From contig JBKJQB010000248.1 in the NCBI GenBank assembly GCA_046594105.1, positions 4,598 to 68,597 of the forward strand: a stretch of 64,000 bases of DNA. Reading direction: 5' to 3'. Numbering within the stretch: the stretch's first letter is position 1; every line of letters starts with the position of its first letter. This document shows, piece after piece, positions 11,207 through 20,774 of the stretch. Position numbers and translations under genes: made by a program. The DNA is from Thermoanaerobaculia bacterium (GTDB taxonomy: Bacteria; Acidobacteriota; Thermoanaerobaculia; Gp7-AA8). The notes beneath the pieces are model-generated. The model was given only the letters and a program-made list of their open reading frames with translations. It made no database searches and had not been told where the DNA came from.

Positions 11207-12203
11207 TGGCATCGGCCCCGAGGTCACCGCGGCGGTGGTGGCCATCATCGAGTGCGCGGGTGTGGAAGTGGAGTGGGAAAAGTTTGTCGTCGGCGCGGAG
11301 GCCCTGGCGCGTTTTGGCGATCCACTGCCTCAAGTCGTGCTCGAATCCATCCTGGCGAACAAAGTCGCTCTGAAGGGCCCCGTCACCACACCTGTGGGCA
11401 CCGGTTTCAGTTCCATCAACGTCCGCCTTCGCAAGACGCTGGACCTCTACGCGAATCTGCGCCCCGTCCTCTCGATGCCGAACATCAAGACCCGCTACGA
11501 AGGCGTCGACCTGGTAGTCGTTCGGGAGAACACCGAGGATCTCTACAGCGGTCTGGAGCACGAGGTGGTGCCCGGGGTGGTGGAGTCGCTGAAGATCATC
11601 ACCGAGAAAGCCTCCACCCGCATTGCCCGCTTCGCCTTCGATTACGCGCGCCTGCACGGCCGGAAGAAGGTCACCGCCGTGCACAAGGCGAACATCATGA
11701 AGATGTCGGACGGCCTCTTTCTGGATTGCTTCCGCAGGATGTCGAAGAACTACCCGGAGATCGAGGCGGACGACAAGATCGTCGACAACCTCTGCATGCA
11801 GCTGGTCACCGACCCCACGCGTTACGACGTGCTCCTGCTGGAAAATCTCTATGGCGACATCGTTTCCGACCTGGCCGCAGGCCTCGTCGGCGGCCTTGGT
11901 GTTGTGGCCGGAGCGAACATCGGCGAGGCGGGGGCCGTCTTCGAGGCGGTTCATGGAAGCGCGCCGGACATCGCCGGCCAGAACAAGGCCAACCCGCTGG
12001 CACTGCTCCAGTCTGCTGTGTTGATGATGCAGCACATCGGAGAGATGGATCCCGCCCGGCGCGTGCAGGAAGCGATCGTCACCGTCCTGGACTCGGGGCC
12101 GGACCACCGCACGCGCGACATCGGCGGAACGGGAACGACCTCAGACTTCACCACTGCGATCTGCGACGCGCTGCGGAAGAACGGGGCTCGCGCCAGGGGC
12201 TGA
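11172..12203 (+). CDS. Isocitrate/isopropylmalate dehydrogenase family enzyme, most like NAD-dependent isocitrate dehydrogenase
   Basis: N-terminus KITLLPGDGIGPEV. Motifs NLRPV, ANIMKMSDGLF and GSAPDIAGQNKANP resemble mitochondrial-type NAD-IDH. Confidence 0.8.
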   Translation: MAKHKITLLPGDGIGPEVTAAVVAIIECAGVEVEWEKFVVGAEALARFGDPLPQVVLESILANKVALKGPVTTPVGTGFSSINVRLRKTLDLYANLRPVLSMPNIKTRYEGVDLVVVRENTEDLYSGLEHEVVPGVVESLKIITEKASTRIARFAFDYARLHGRKKVTAVHKANIMKMSDGLFLDCFRRMSKNYPEIEADDKIVDNLCMQLVTDPTRYDVLLLENLYGDIVSDLAAGLVGGLGVVAGANIGEAGAVFEAVHGSAPDIAGQNKANPLALLQSAVLMMQHIGEMDPARRVQEAIVTVLDSGPDHRTRDIGGTGTTSDFTTAICDALRKNGARARG

Positions 12204-12204
12204 G

Positions 12205-12651
12205 TTGATCCGGCGGCCAAGACACCGCGTGGCGGTCAAACCGCCGTTCGCACTCCACTTTCTCGAAGGAGTCGATCGATTCAACTCCGGCGAGTTCTGG
12301 GACGCTCACGAGTCGTGGGAGAAGCTGTGGCTGGTGGCGGAGACCGACCTCGATCAGTTTCTTCAGGGATTGATCCAACTCGCCGCTGCGTACCACCATC
12401 TGAAGCGGGGAACCTTCCGCGGTGCGGTGCGTCTGTTCGATGCGTCACTGCGGAGACTGGAGAATTTTCCACCGGCCTTCTGCGGGATCGATCGAAACGC
12501 TGCGGTCGATGCGGCGCGACGCCATCGGCAGTGGACCGCGTCGCTCCTCGCGCGCGGTGCTCACTCCGAAGCATTGGATTCTGAAGAGTTTCCGAGACTC
12601 CTGGTGATGGCGTCGGAACCATTACAGATGCCGGTTGATGAAAGCTGGTGA
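12205..12651 (+). CDS. DUF309 domain protein
   Basis: Characteristic FNSGEFWDAHESWEKLW motif of DUF309. Confidence 0.6.
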   Translation: MIRRPRHRVAVKPPFALHFLEGVDRFNSGEFWDAHESWEKLWLVAETDLDQFLQGLIQLAAAYHHLKRGTFRGAVRLFDASLRRLENFPPAFCGIDRNAAVDAARRHRQWTASLLARGAHSEALDSEEFPRLLVMASEPLQMPVDESW

Positions 12652-12726
12652 TGCGTGGTCGATCTCACGCTACAATCTGGCCACCCGTTGCCCCGCAGCA
12701 AATACCTCTGGTGACCGAGGATCCAA

Positions 12727-13746
12727 ATGCAGGAAATCGATCAAAGAGACCGCGATCTGCTGGGCGCCCTTCAGACAGAGATCCCTCTCGTCTCCACTCC
12801 GTTCGCTGTGGTCGGCCAGCGCATCGACATGTCGGAAAAAGAGGTACTCAAGCGGACCGAGCGACTGAAGCGCGACGGCGTGATCCGTCAACTGGCGCTG
12901 CTCTTCGATCCGCGAGCCCTCGGCTACCGATCCTGCCTCGTGGCCGCCCGCGTTGATGCCGAACGAATCGATGAAGCGGCCGCCGTAATCAACTCGTACC
13001 CGGGGGTCACCCAGAACTATCGCCGGAACAACGACTTCAACCTGTGGTTCACGCTGGCCATCGCCCCGACCTCGCAGCTGGGTCTGGAACGGACGATCGA
13101 GATCCTCGGCGACGAGGCCGAATGCGAGATGGTCCGGGCCCTTCCTACACTCAAACAATTCAAAGGCAGTGGCGAGGCCGATGAGGCGCAAAGCGACCGT
13201 CACCACGATCCGGTGACCTCATCGGAGATCGAGGCCATCCGCATCCTGCAACGCGACCTTCCCCTGCAGCCGCGGCCCTTCGACGCGCTGGCGAAGAATG
13301 GCAGCATCCCGGCCGACGAGTTGCTGAACGAGGCCCGATCCATGCTCCAGCGCGGCCTGATCCGCCGCTTTGCAGCTACCGTCCATTCGCGCAAACCGGG
13401 GTTCTCCGCCACGGCCATGGGTGTGTGGATCGTGCCGGAGAATCGTATCGATGAAGTGGGCCTGAAGATGTCGCAGAATCGTTCGGTCTCCAACTGCTAT
13501 GTCCGTCCGGTCTACTCCGACTGGCCCTACAACCTCTACACCATCGTCCATGGTCGGTCGGTTGACGAATGCGAGTCCATCATCAATGACCTCGCTACCG
13601 ATACCGGAGTGGATCAGAAGCAGGCGCTCTACCCCACCCGCGAATACAAGAAGGCGCGGATCAACCTGTTCTCAACCGAGGTCGATGATTGGGAACTTGC
13701 TCACGGTGCGCAGCAGAGCGCCGCGAGCGCGACGGTTGCCTCCTAG
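12727..13746 (+). CDS. Tandem Lrp/AsnC-fold protein, NirDL/AhbAB-like (putative siroheme decarboxylase of alternative heme/heme d1 biosynthesis)
   Basis: Two consecutive AsnC-like halves, each with an N-terminal HTH and a C-terminal RAM-like domain (DLLGALQTEIPL... and IEAIRILQRDLPL...). This is the architecture of fused NirD/NirL-type proteins. Confidence 0.6.
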   Translation: MQEIDQRDRDLLGALQTEIPLVSTPFAVVGQRIDMSEKEVLKRTERLKRDGVIRQLALLFDPRALGYRSCLVAARVDAERIDEAAAVINSYPGVTQNYRRNNDFNLWFTLAIAPTSQLGLERTIEILGDEAECEMVRALPTLKQFKGSGEADEAQSDRHHDPVTSSEIEAIRILQRDLPLQPRPFDALAKNGSIPADELLNEARSMLQRGLIRRFAATVHSRKPGFSATAMGVWIVPENRIDEVGLKMSQNRSVSNCYVRPVYSDWPYNLYTIVHGRSVDECESIINDLATDTGVDQKQALYPTREYKKARINLFSTEVDDWELAHGAQQSAASATVAS

Positions 13747-13823
13747 GAGCCTGCGCGGCAGAACGTCTTGGAGCGTGATCTTGGCGAAGCCTTGGGCAAC
13801 CAGCGCTGCCGGCCGTGCCGGCC
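13744..13823 (+). repeat. REP-like ~80-bp intergenic repeat (family A), forward copy
   Basis: GGAGCCTGCGCGGCAGAACGTCTTGGAGCGTGATCTTGGCGAAGCCTTGGGCAACCAGCGCTGCCGGCCGTGCCGGCC. Near-identical copies at 15281, 17101 and 42605. Confidence 0.85.
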
Positions 13824-13929
13824 CGTTCGCACGGTGTTCACCGAAATGATTTCCTTTCTGGCTTCCGTGGGCCCCGGTGTTTCTGACGGGGCGCCCGTCT
13901 GCGGAAACCGTCCCGCGGATCAGAGCTAG

Positions 13930-14253
13930 TTGTTCGAAGACTTCCACATACCCAGCCTGAGCGAGCGGCTGCGATCCGCCTGCTTCCTCCCCCTCGCTGC
14001 ATTTGTCGCCGTCCTGCTCGCGTCCGATCTGGAGCCGATCCTCGGTCCTTCACGCGCTCTCTACTGGATCATCGACGCTCTCGCACTCGGCGGCGCGTTC
14101 GGCATCGGGTTCGCGGTGCGCATCGCGATCATGGAGCGAAGTCGATTCAACTGGCGGGCCGCATTCTGGCTCTTGGTCTGCCTGGCCCTGTCGCTCCTCT
14201 GCGCCCACATGTTCGTGGTTCTCACCGATCCCTTCGCCGTTCTGCGCCAATGA
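13930..14253 (+). CDS. Hypothetical small membrane protein (3 predicted TM helices)
   Basis: Non-overlapping ORF with hydrophobic segments. No recognisable domain. Confidence 0.4.
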   Translation: MFEDFHIPSLSERLRSACFLPLAAFVAVLLASDLEPILGPSRALYWIIDALALGGAFGIGFAVRIAIMERSRFNWRAAFWLLVCLALSLLCAHMFVVLTDPFAVLRQ

Positions 14254-14267
14254 AAAAGCCGCGACGT

Positions 14268-15215
14268 TTACTTGATGTTCTCCGGATACACGCTGACTTT
14301 GCTATTGCCCCGAAGCTCGTTGGTGAGCTTATTCACGGCGGTCATGACATCAGCGGCTTTCTGGGTGAGGAGGAACTCGCGCACCTCGGGGCGTGCTTTC
14401 GCGTACGCACGAGTGCCCGCCGGCTCGCGGGTCTCCACCAGGATCAGGTGGTATCCGAACGACGACTCCACGATTCCGCTGATCACTCCCAGCGGGAGTT
14501 TCCAGGCGGCCGCTTCGAAGGTCGGATCCAGCTGTCCTTTGGTGACCCAACCGAGGTCGCCGCCAGACGAAGCCGAGGCATCCTCTGAAAACTTCCGGGC
14601 CGCGTCGCCGAAGTGGATGAGGCGGAGCCGGGCGGCGGTGCTCTCGTCGGCGCCGCGAACGTTGGCGTTTTCCCCGTGCAGTTGCGCGGCGATCGCTTTG
14701 ATCCTTTCCAGCGCCTGGGGCATCGACTTGGAGTTTGGACCAACTCCTGAGGCGGTGATCACGATGTGGCGCACCTTCAGCCGCTCTGGTTCGGCGAACT
14801 CCTCTTTGTGTTCGTTGAAGTACTTGCGGACAGCTGCCTCAGTCACGATCGGTGCGGCCACGACGTCGCGGACGTAGCGATCGAACAGGGCGGACTCCCG
14901 CGCCGTGTTCATGTCGGTTTGCACGTCGGCCCGCTTGTCGAAGCCGGACTTGATTGCTTCCTGCAGGATCAGCCGTTTGCGCAGGTAGTTCTCGAGAAAC
15001 GCTCCCTTGCCGCCGCTGGATTCGTACTGCGTGCGCATCTGCGTTCCGAGGTTGTCCCAGATGCGTTCCAGCTGGCTGGTAGTGACGACCTCGCCGTTGA
15101 GGACGGCGACCGGTTTGTCCGCTTCGGGTTGAGCTGCCGGTGGAGTGGCAGCCTGCTGTGCCGCCAGGGGCAGAGCGAGCGCGAGCATCCACGGCGCAAA
15201 GATTCGTTTCATCAA
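14268..15215 (-). CDS. Peptidyl-prolyl cis-trans isomerase, parvulin (PpiC) type, SurA/PrsA-like periplasmic chaperone with signal peptide
   Basis: Parvulin motif KVRHIVI...GGDLGWVTKGQLDPTFE...SFGYHLILV. N-terminal signal MKRIFAPWMLALALPLAA. Confidence 0.8.
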   Translation of the reverse strand: MMKRIFAPWMLALALPLAAQQAATPPAAQPEADKPVAVLNGEVVTTSQLERIWDNLGTQMRTQYESSGGKGAFLENYLRKRLILQEAIKSGFDKRADVQTDMNTARESALFDRYVRDVVAAPIVTEAAVRKYFNEHKEEFAEPERLKVRHIVITASGVGPNSKSMPQALERIKAIAAQLHGENANVRGADESTAARLRLIHFGDAARKFSEDASASSGGDLGWVTKGQLDPTFEAAAWKLPLGVISGIVESSFGYHLILVETREPAGTRAYAKARPEVREFLLTQKAADVMTAVNKLTNELRGNSKVSVYPENIK

Positions 15216-15280
15216 ATTCCTCCGTACTGGGGTTCAGACGACTCGCTGACCAACAGGGTTACGGAGGAGGGTCATTCCTA

Positions 15281-15361
15281 GGCCGGCACGGCCGGCGGCG
15301 CTGGTTGCCCAAGGCTCCGCCAAGATCACGCTCCAAGACGTTCTGCCGCGCAGGCTCCTAG
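15281..15361 (-). repeat. REP-like repeat family A, reverse-orientation copy
   Basis: Reverse complement of the 13744 copy: GGCCGGCACGGCCGGCGGCGCTGGTTGCCCAAGGCTCCGCCAAGATCACGCTCCAAGACGTTCTGCCGCGCAGGCTCCTAG. Flanked by CTAG at both ends. Confidence 0.85.
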
Positions 15362-15684
15362 ATCGGAACATGAAGAGAGACACGGCTCTACGGGCGGTGG
15401 AATTTCGTAAGCCGGGGGGAGACCGGTTCTCCTGTGGGCAGAATTTCAAACGCAGAATCTACGGACTGCAGAGGAGTTGCGCGACAATAGGACGTGTCTC
15501 CCGATTTCCCCGTCAAGATGTTTTCTTCGGTTTGCCTTTGCCTGCGGAGAACGAGCAGGAGCGGCTTGTCTTCAGTGAGTTGCCGCTCATCCGTCCTGTG
15601 GAGAGCTTGTGGACGGAGCTGTGAGTTTCGTTCGGGAAATGCGGTCCGCAGAAATCACCACGCAGAATCCCGGTCGTCCCAACC

Positions 15685-17094
15685 ATGAGTGCCGCACAAC
15701 TCGACGTCGCCCTCGACCGTCCGATGCCGCAGTCTCCCGATGCGGAGCGCGCGGTTCTCGGATCGATCCTCATCAACAACAACGCCTTTTATCGCGTGGT
15801 GGCTACGGTCCAGCCTGAGGACTTCTTCAAGGATTCTCATCGCACCATCTTCACCACCATGCGGAAGCTGGCGGAGGACAGCCGGGAGATCGACCTCCTC
15901 ACGCTGAAAGAAGAACTCTCCAAACGAGCCCAGCTCGATCAGGTCGGCGGTTCGGCCTACATCTCCTCGCTCATCGACGGGATCCCCGACATCGCCAACG
16001 TCGAACGGTACGCCCACATCGTCAAGGAGAAGTCCACGCTGCGGCGGCTGATCGTGATGGGCAACAGCGTGATGCGCGCTGCGCTGGATGCACCCGGCGA
16101 GCCGGCCGACGTTCTCTCCATCGCAGAGAAATCGATCTACGACATTGCGCAGGGATCGGTCGAGAAAGGGTTCGTGGGCATCGAGCGCATCACCCGCACG
16201 AACATGACCGCGATCGAGCAGCTGCAGCATGCCGGAAAGCTCATCACCGGCCTGCCCACCGGCTACGATCGATTCAACGAGTTCACCTCAGGGTTCCAGC
16301 CCCAGGACCTCATCATCATCGCGGCCCGTCCCTCCATGGGGAAGACCAGCTTCATGATGAACATCGCGGAGTCGATGGCCATCCCCGACCGGACCGGCCA
16401 ACCCAGGCCACCCGCGCAGAGACTCTACTCGGTCGGCGTCTTCTCACTGGAGATGTCGAAGGAGCAGATCGGTCTGCGCATGCTCTCCTCCGAGTCGGGA
16501 GTGGGGAACCATCTCATCCGGGCCGGAATGCTGAGCGAACGGAACTGGCGCGACCTGGCCGAGGCCTCGTCGCGGCTGGCCAAAGCGAAGATCTACATCG
16601 ACGACAGCCCTGGCATCGACATCATGGAGATGCGGGCGAAAGCGCGCCGCCTCAAACAGGAGGCCGGCCTCGACATCATCATGGTGGACTACCTGCAGCT
16701 GATGGCGGTCAAGGGCAAGGTGGAGTCGCGCAACCAGGAGATCTCCCAAATTTCCCGCGGGCTGAAAGCCATCGCCAAAGAGCTGAACACGCCGCTGGTC
16801 TCCCTCTCCCAGCTTTCGCGGCGACCGGAACAGCGGACCGGCGATCACCGGCCGCAGCTCTCCGATCTTCGCGAGTCCGGCTCCATCGAGCAGGACGCCG
16901 ACCTCGTTGCCTTCATCTATCGCGATGAGGTCTACAACAAAGAGAGCGAAGAGAAGGGCATCGCGGAGATCATCATCGCCAAGCAGCGCAACGGGCCGAT
17001 CGGCGATTTCAAACTGGTGTTCCGCAACGACATCACCAAGTTCTTCAACTACGAACCGAGCCCCGATTATCGCGTCGACGACGGACCGGTGTAG
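15685..17094 (+). CDS. dnaB: Replicative DNA helicase DnaB
   Basis: Full-length DnaB, 469 aa. Walker A ARPSMGKTSF. DnaB signatures FSLEMS, SQLSR and QRNGPIG. Confidence 0.95.
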   Translation: MSAAQLDVALDRPMPQSPDAERAVLGSILINNNAFYRVVATVQPEDFFKDSHRTIFTTMRKLAEDSREIDLLTLKEELSKRAQLDQVGGSAYISSLIDGIPDIANVERYAHIVKEKSTLRRLIVMGNSVMRAALDAPGEPADVLSIAEKSIYDIAQGSVEKGFVGIERITRTNMTAIEQLQHAGKLITGLPTGYDRFNEFTSGFQPQDLIIIAARPSMGKTSFMMNIAESMAIPDRTGQPRPPAQRLYSVGVFSLEMSKEQIGLRMLSSESGVGNHLIRAGMLSERNWRDLAEASSRLAKAKIYIDDSPGIDIMEMRAKARRLKQEAGLDIIMVDYLQLMAVKGKVESRNQEISQISRGLKAIAKELNTPLVSLSQLSRRPEQRTGDHRPQLSDLRESGSIEQDADLVAFIYRDEVYNKESEEKGIAEIIIAKQRNGPIGDFKLVFRNDITKFFNYEPSPDYRVDDGPV

Positions 17095-17100
17095 CCGGCG

Positions 17101-17182
17101 AGGCCGGCACGGCCGGGGGCGCTGGTTGCCCAAGGCTCCGCCAGGATCACGCTCCAGGACGTTCTGCCGCGCAGGCTCCCAG
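17101..17182 (-). repeat. REP-like repeat family A, reverse-orientation copy immediately downstream of dnaB
   Basis: AGGCCGGCACGGCCGGGGGCGCTGGTTGCCCAAGGCTCCGCCAGGATCACGCTCCAGGACGTTCTGCCGCGCAGGCTCCC. Same orientation as the 15281 copy. Confidence 0.85.
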
Positions 17183-17252
17183 CCCAGCGAACTGGTGGTC
17201 GCATCGAAATTCACGGCCGCGGTTCGCCCGTTTGGAATCGTGAGGTGATGCT

Positions 17253-18521
17253 ATGCGCCGGCCGCTTCTGATCTCACTGTTGTGTCTCGGATCGTCGTTC
17301 GCGCTGCAGGGCAGCGTGCTGCACCTCACCGTCCACCAGATGATCCATCCGATCAGCGCCGAGTTCATCGCACGCGGGCTGGAGCAGGCTGTCCGCAATC
17401 ACGACGATGCGGTGATCATCGAGCTCAGCACGCCGGGAGGCCTTCTCGACTCGACCCGCTCCATCGTCGAAAAGATCATGACATCGCCCGTTCCGGTGAT
17501 CGTCTACGTCGGTCCCGCGGGCAGCCGCGCGGCCTCTGCCGGCTTTTTCCTGCTGGAGGCTGCCGACCTCGCGGCCATGGCGCCGGGGACGAATACGGGG
17601 GCCGCACACCCGGTGATTCCCGGGACAAAGATGGACGACCTCATGAAGGAGAAAATGGAAAATGACGCCGCCGCCTTCATGCGCACCATCGCCTCCGGTC
17701 GCGGTCGCAACGTAGCAGCGGCCGAGAGTGCCGTCCGTCAGTCGCGATCTTTCACCGAGCAGGAGGCGCTGCACCTGAAGCTGATCGATCTGGTCGCGCC
17801 CGACGTTCCCGCGCTGTTGAAGGCGATCGACGGCCGCACAACCCGTCGTTACAACGGAACCACGGCGGTGCTCCACGTTGCTGGAGCGACTGTGCGCGAT
17901 TACAACATGACGCTGAAGGAGCGGCTTCTGGGGACTCTCATGGACCCCAACATCGCTTTCCTGCTCCTGTCTCTGGGAGGGCTGGCGCTGTTCGCGGAAT
18001 TCAACCATCCGGGCGCGGTGATCCCCGGCGTGACCGGCGTGGTGTCGATCCTTCTGGCGCTCTTCGCCCTCAACCTTCTGCCGACCCGATTTGCCGCTCT
18101 CTCACTGATCGTCGCGGCGTTCGTTCTTTTCGCTCTGGAGGCAAAGTTCGTAAGCCACGGAGTCCTGGCGATCGGCGGGGCGGTGTGCATGATTTTTGGC
18201 GCTCTGTTCCTCGTCGACGGGCCGATCCCGGAGATGCGGGTCCATCTGGGGACTGCGCTTGCGGTCAGCGTTCCGATCGCCCTCATCGCTTCCATCCTGG
18301 CCATGCTCGTGGTGCGGGCCCGCAGAGTCCCGGTGGGCACCGGGAAAGAGGGCATGGTCGGGCAGATCGGCATCGCCAGAACCATGCTCGGGCTCGATGG
18401 AAAGGTGTTCGTGCACGGCGAGCTGTGGAACGCCGTGGCCACGCAACCGGTCTCCGAAGGCTCCGCGGTCCGGGTTCGTTCTCTGGAGGGGCTCCGCCTG
18501 CTCGTCGAGCCTCTGGACTGA
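17253..18521 (+). CDS. NfeD-family membrane-bound serine protease (ClpP-class, stomatin-operon partner)
   Basis: N-terminal ClpP-like protease domain, central TM segments and a C-terminal OB-fold. Located immediately upstream of an SPFH gene. Confidence 0.8.
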   Translation: MRRPLLISLLCLGSSFALQGSVLHLTVHQMIHPISAEFIARGLEQAVRNHDDAVIIELSTPGGLLDSTRSIVEKIMTSPVPVIVYVGPAGSRAASAGFFLLEAADLAAMAPGTNTGAAHPVIPGTKMDDLMKEKMENDAAAFMRTIASGRGRNVAAAESAVRQSRSFTEQEALHLKLIDLVAPDVPALLKAIDGRTTRRYNGTTAVLHVAGATVRDYNMTLKERLLGTLMDPNIAFLLLSLGGLALFAEFNHPGAVIPGVTGVVSILLALFALNLLPTRFAALSLIVAAFVLFALEAKFVSHGVLAIGGAVCMIFGALFLVDGPIPEMRVHLGTALAVSVPIALIASILAMLVVRARRVPVGTGKEGMVGQIGIARTMLGLDGKVFVHGELWNAVATQPVSEGSAVRVRSLEGLRLLVEPLD

Positions 18522-18643
18522 CTTCTTGCCGCCATGGTCATCGCAGAACTGTAGAATCCACCCGTCTTCAATCTTCCCCGAGCCTGCACTCCATCACGGA
18601 CTGCAGCTGCGTCCGACGGGAGCGAGCGAAGCGGAGGTTCCGC

Positions 18644-19396
18644 ATGAGTGTCGGTGTCATCCTGGCCGTGGTTTTTGGTTTCTATCTGCTCAGCTCCATC
18701 AAGATCCTTCCGGAGTATGAGCGCGGTGTCATCTTCCGCCTGGGCCGACTTCTCGCCGAGGCGAAGGGTCCGGGGATCTTTCTGGTGTTCGCGCCGATCG
18801 ACAAGATCGTCCGGGTGTCGTTGCGCCAGGAGGCTTTCGAAGTTCCGCCGCAGGACATCATCACGCGCGACAATGTCACCTTGAAGGTCAACGCCGTGGT
18901 CTTCATGCGCGTGATCGAGCCTCGGCGAGCGGTGGTGGATGTCGTCGACTACCGTTACCAGACGTCGCAGTTTGCACAGACCACCCTTCGCTCCGTGCTG
19001 GGCGAGGTGGAGCTGGATGAATTACTCGCCCACCGCGATGCGCTCAACGCCCGCATCCAGACGATCCTGGATGCGCACACGGAAGCGTGGGGCGTGAAGG
19101 TCTCGAACGTCGAAGTCAAGCAGGTCGATCTCCCCGAATCCATGCTGCGGGCCATGGCCAAGCAGGCGGAGGCGGAGCGGGAGAAGCGGGCCAAGCTGAT
19201 CCACGCGGAAGGAGAGTTCGCAGCTTCGCAACGGCTCGCTGACGCCGCGCACGTTCTGGCTACGGAACCGACCACGCTCCAGCTCCGTTATCTTCAGACG
19301 CTGACCGAAATCGGCGTGGAGAAAAACACCACCATCGTCTTCCCTCTCCCCATCGACATTCTCGCGGGTCTGTCCAAACTCGCCACGCGCGCATGA
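18644..19396 (+). CDS. SPFH/band-7 (stomatin/prohibitin-like) protein
   Basis: N-terminal TM helix followed by an SPFH domain ([19 protein letters not shown]...). The in-frame Met at 18644 gives the TM start. The longer ORF from 18185 overlaps nfeD in another frame. Confidence 0.85.
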   Translation: MSVGVILAVVFGFYLLSSIKILPEYERGVIFRLGRLLAEAKGPGIFLVFAPIDKIVRVSLRQEAFEVPPQDIITRDNVTLKVNAVVFMRVIEPRRAVVDVVDYRYQTSQFAQTTLRSVLGEVELDELLAHRDALNARIQTILDAHTEAWGVKVSNVEVKQVDLPESMLRAMAKQAEAEREKRAKLIHAEGEFAASQRLADAAHVLATEPTTLQLRYLQTLTEIGVEKNTTIVFPLPIDILAGLSKLATRA

Positions 19397-19962
19397 ACGA
19401 CGTGGTGATGCTGGAGGCCGCTCTCTTCCAGTTGCGGTCCGGCGCGGAGGAGGTCGATCCGATGTTCGGTCCACGGCTGGATCTGTGCCTCAGCGTGCTG
19501 GCGAACGCCATCGCCCAGGCGCGGGAGGGCATCAATGCCTCGCTGGTCAGCGACATCGAGTTCGCCCTCAACGATCTGACAGCCACCGTCGATGAGCTCT
19601 CGGCAGAGGACGCCGAACGACTGACCGGCGCGGTGGCCCTGATGCGTGAGGACGTGGAACGGTTGAAGCAGCAGACGTCGCTGGAGCCGGCGACGGTCGG
19701 CCGAATCCGCGGGTTGCAGTCAAAGATGCGCATGCGCCGCTCGGCCATCGAACGACAGACCTATCGTCCCGAAGGCTCCCCGGAAGAAGCGCTTCCTCAT
19801 CCGGCAGCCGAGCTGCGGGCAGAGGCCATTCCGATCCGCGAGGACCTGGCCGGTGCCGGCTTCGCCACACCGGAGCTCGACGGACTGATTGCCGACCCGG
19901 AGTCCCTGCGCTTTCATTCGCTGACGGCAATTCTGAACGAGCTCGAGGTCATCGCCGGCTGA
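19393..19962 (+). CDS. Hypothetical protein, translationally coupled (ATGA overlap) to the SPFH gene
   Basis: Start overlaps the SPFH stop. Acidic helical protein with no recognised domain. Confidence 0.5.
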   Translation: MNDVVMLEAALFQLRSGAEEVDPMFGPRLDLCLSVLANAIAQAREGINASLVSDIEFALNDLTATVDELSAEDAERLTGAVALMREDVERLKQQTSLEPATVGRIRGLQSKMRMRRSAIERQTYRPEGSPEEALPHPAAELRAEAIPIREDLAGAGFATPELDGLIADPESLRFHSLTAILNELEVIAG

Positions 19963-19980
19963 TGAGATCGAGCCCTCCAC

Positions 19981-20028
19981 TCGATGGGTTCGTCGATGGG
20001 TTCGCCGATGGGTTCCGCGCGATGGCTC
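19981..20028. repeat. 12-bp tandem direct repeat array (3 good copies plus 1 degenerate) in the eda upstream region
   Basis: TCGATGGGTTCG TCGATGGGTTCG CCGATGGGTTCC GCGCGATGGCTC. Confidence 0.8.
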
Positions 20029-20091
20029 ACCGATCGCTTTTCAGCGACTTCCCGATCCTCCCGGAGCGTTCCGGTCTGATATCGTGACGGC

Positions 20092-20772
20092 ATGTCGCGC
20101 AAAGAACTTCTGGCCAGAGTGGCCAACGATCAGATCATCGGCGTCGTCCGCGAAAACAGCGCCGAGTCTGCCGCGGCCGTGGCCCAGGCCTACGCGCAGA
20201 ACGGCATCCGCATCATCGAAGTCACGTTGACCACGCCCGACGCAATGGAGCTCATCTCCACGCTCTCGCAGCGACATGCTTCCGATGGAATCATCATCGC
20301 GGCCGGGACTATCCGCAGTTCCAGCGACGCCGCTCTGGCCCGGCGCGCCGGCGCGCAGATGATGGTCTCTCCCCACACGGATGTTCAAGTCATCGAGTAT
20401 GCCGTCGAGAATGATCTCCTCTGCATCGCCGGCGCTTCCACTCCCACCGAGATCATCCGGGCCTGGGAGGCAGGCTGCGACGTCGTTAAGGTTTACCCGG
20501 CGATGTATCTCGGAGGGCCCGACTACATCCGCACCATCCGGGGCCCCATCCGGGACGTCCCCATGCTGGCAGGTGGACCGGTGCCACTGGACACCATCGA
20601 GGCCTACCTCGACGCCGGCTGTCTGGCGGTGAATCTCGGGCCATCGCTGGCGGTTCCTGATCTCGTCCGCACCCGGCAATGGGAGGAGATCGGGCGCCGC
20701 GTCATCCTGGCGACTTCGATCATCCAGTCGCGCAGAACGTCGATCGAATCGGACACCACCTACGTCCACTGA
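20092..20772 (+). CDS. eda: KDPG/KHG aldolase family (2-dehydro-3-deoxy-phosphogluconate / 4-hydroxy-2-oxoglutarate aldolase)
   Basis: Eda-family TIM-barrel pattern: IIEVTLTTPDA, the Schiff-base Lys region GCDVVKVYPA, and a glycine-rich C-terminus. Confidence 0.75.
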   Translation: MSRKELLARVANDQIIGVVRENSAESAAAVAQAYAQNGIRIIEVTLTTPDAMELISTLSQRHASDGIIIAAGTIRSSSDAALARRAGAQMMVSPHTDVQVIEYAVENDLLCIAGASTPTEIIRAWEAGCDVVKVYPAMYLGGPDYIRTIRGPIRDVPMLAGGPVPLDTIEAYLDAGCLAVNLGPSLAVPDLVRTRQWEEIGRRVILATSIIQSRRTSIESDTTYVH

Positions 20773-20774
20773 TC

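Noticed and set aside
15370-15684. Lower-GC 300-bp stretch upstream of dnaB with duplicated ACGCAGAAT motif and an 84-aa ORF
   Set aside because: No DnaA-box-like 9-mers or coding signal. Probably just promoter or UTR sequence. The ORF lacks an RBS and has poor codon bias.
13499-17248. Several ORFs ending in or containing ...SVILAKPWATSAAGRAG... or ...GRHGRRRWLPKAPP... peptides (13499..13849, 15140..15361, 15234..15449, 16907..17248, and 42332..42799)
   Set aside because: The shared peptides are just the REP-like family A element read in two frames or strands.
19914-20126. 70-aa minus-strand ORF with EPIGEPIDEPIEW
   Set aside because: The periodic peptide is produced by the 12-bp tandem DNA repeat. 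It lies in the eda promoter region and has no start or RBS context.
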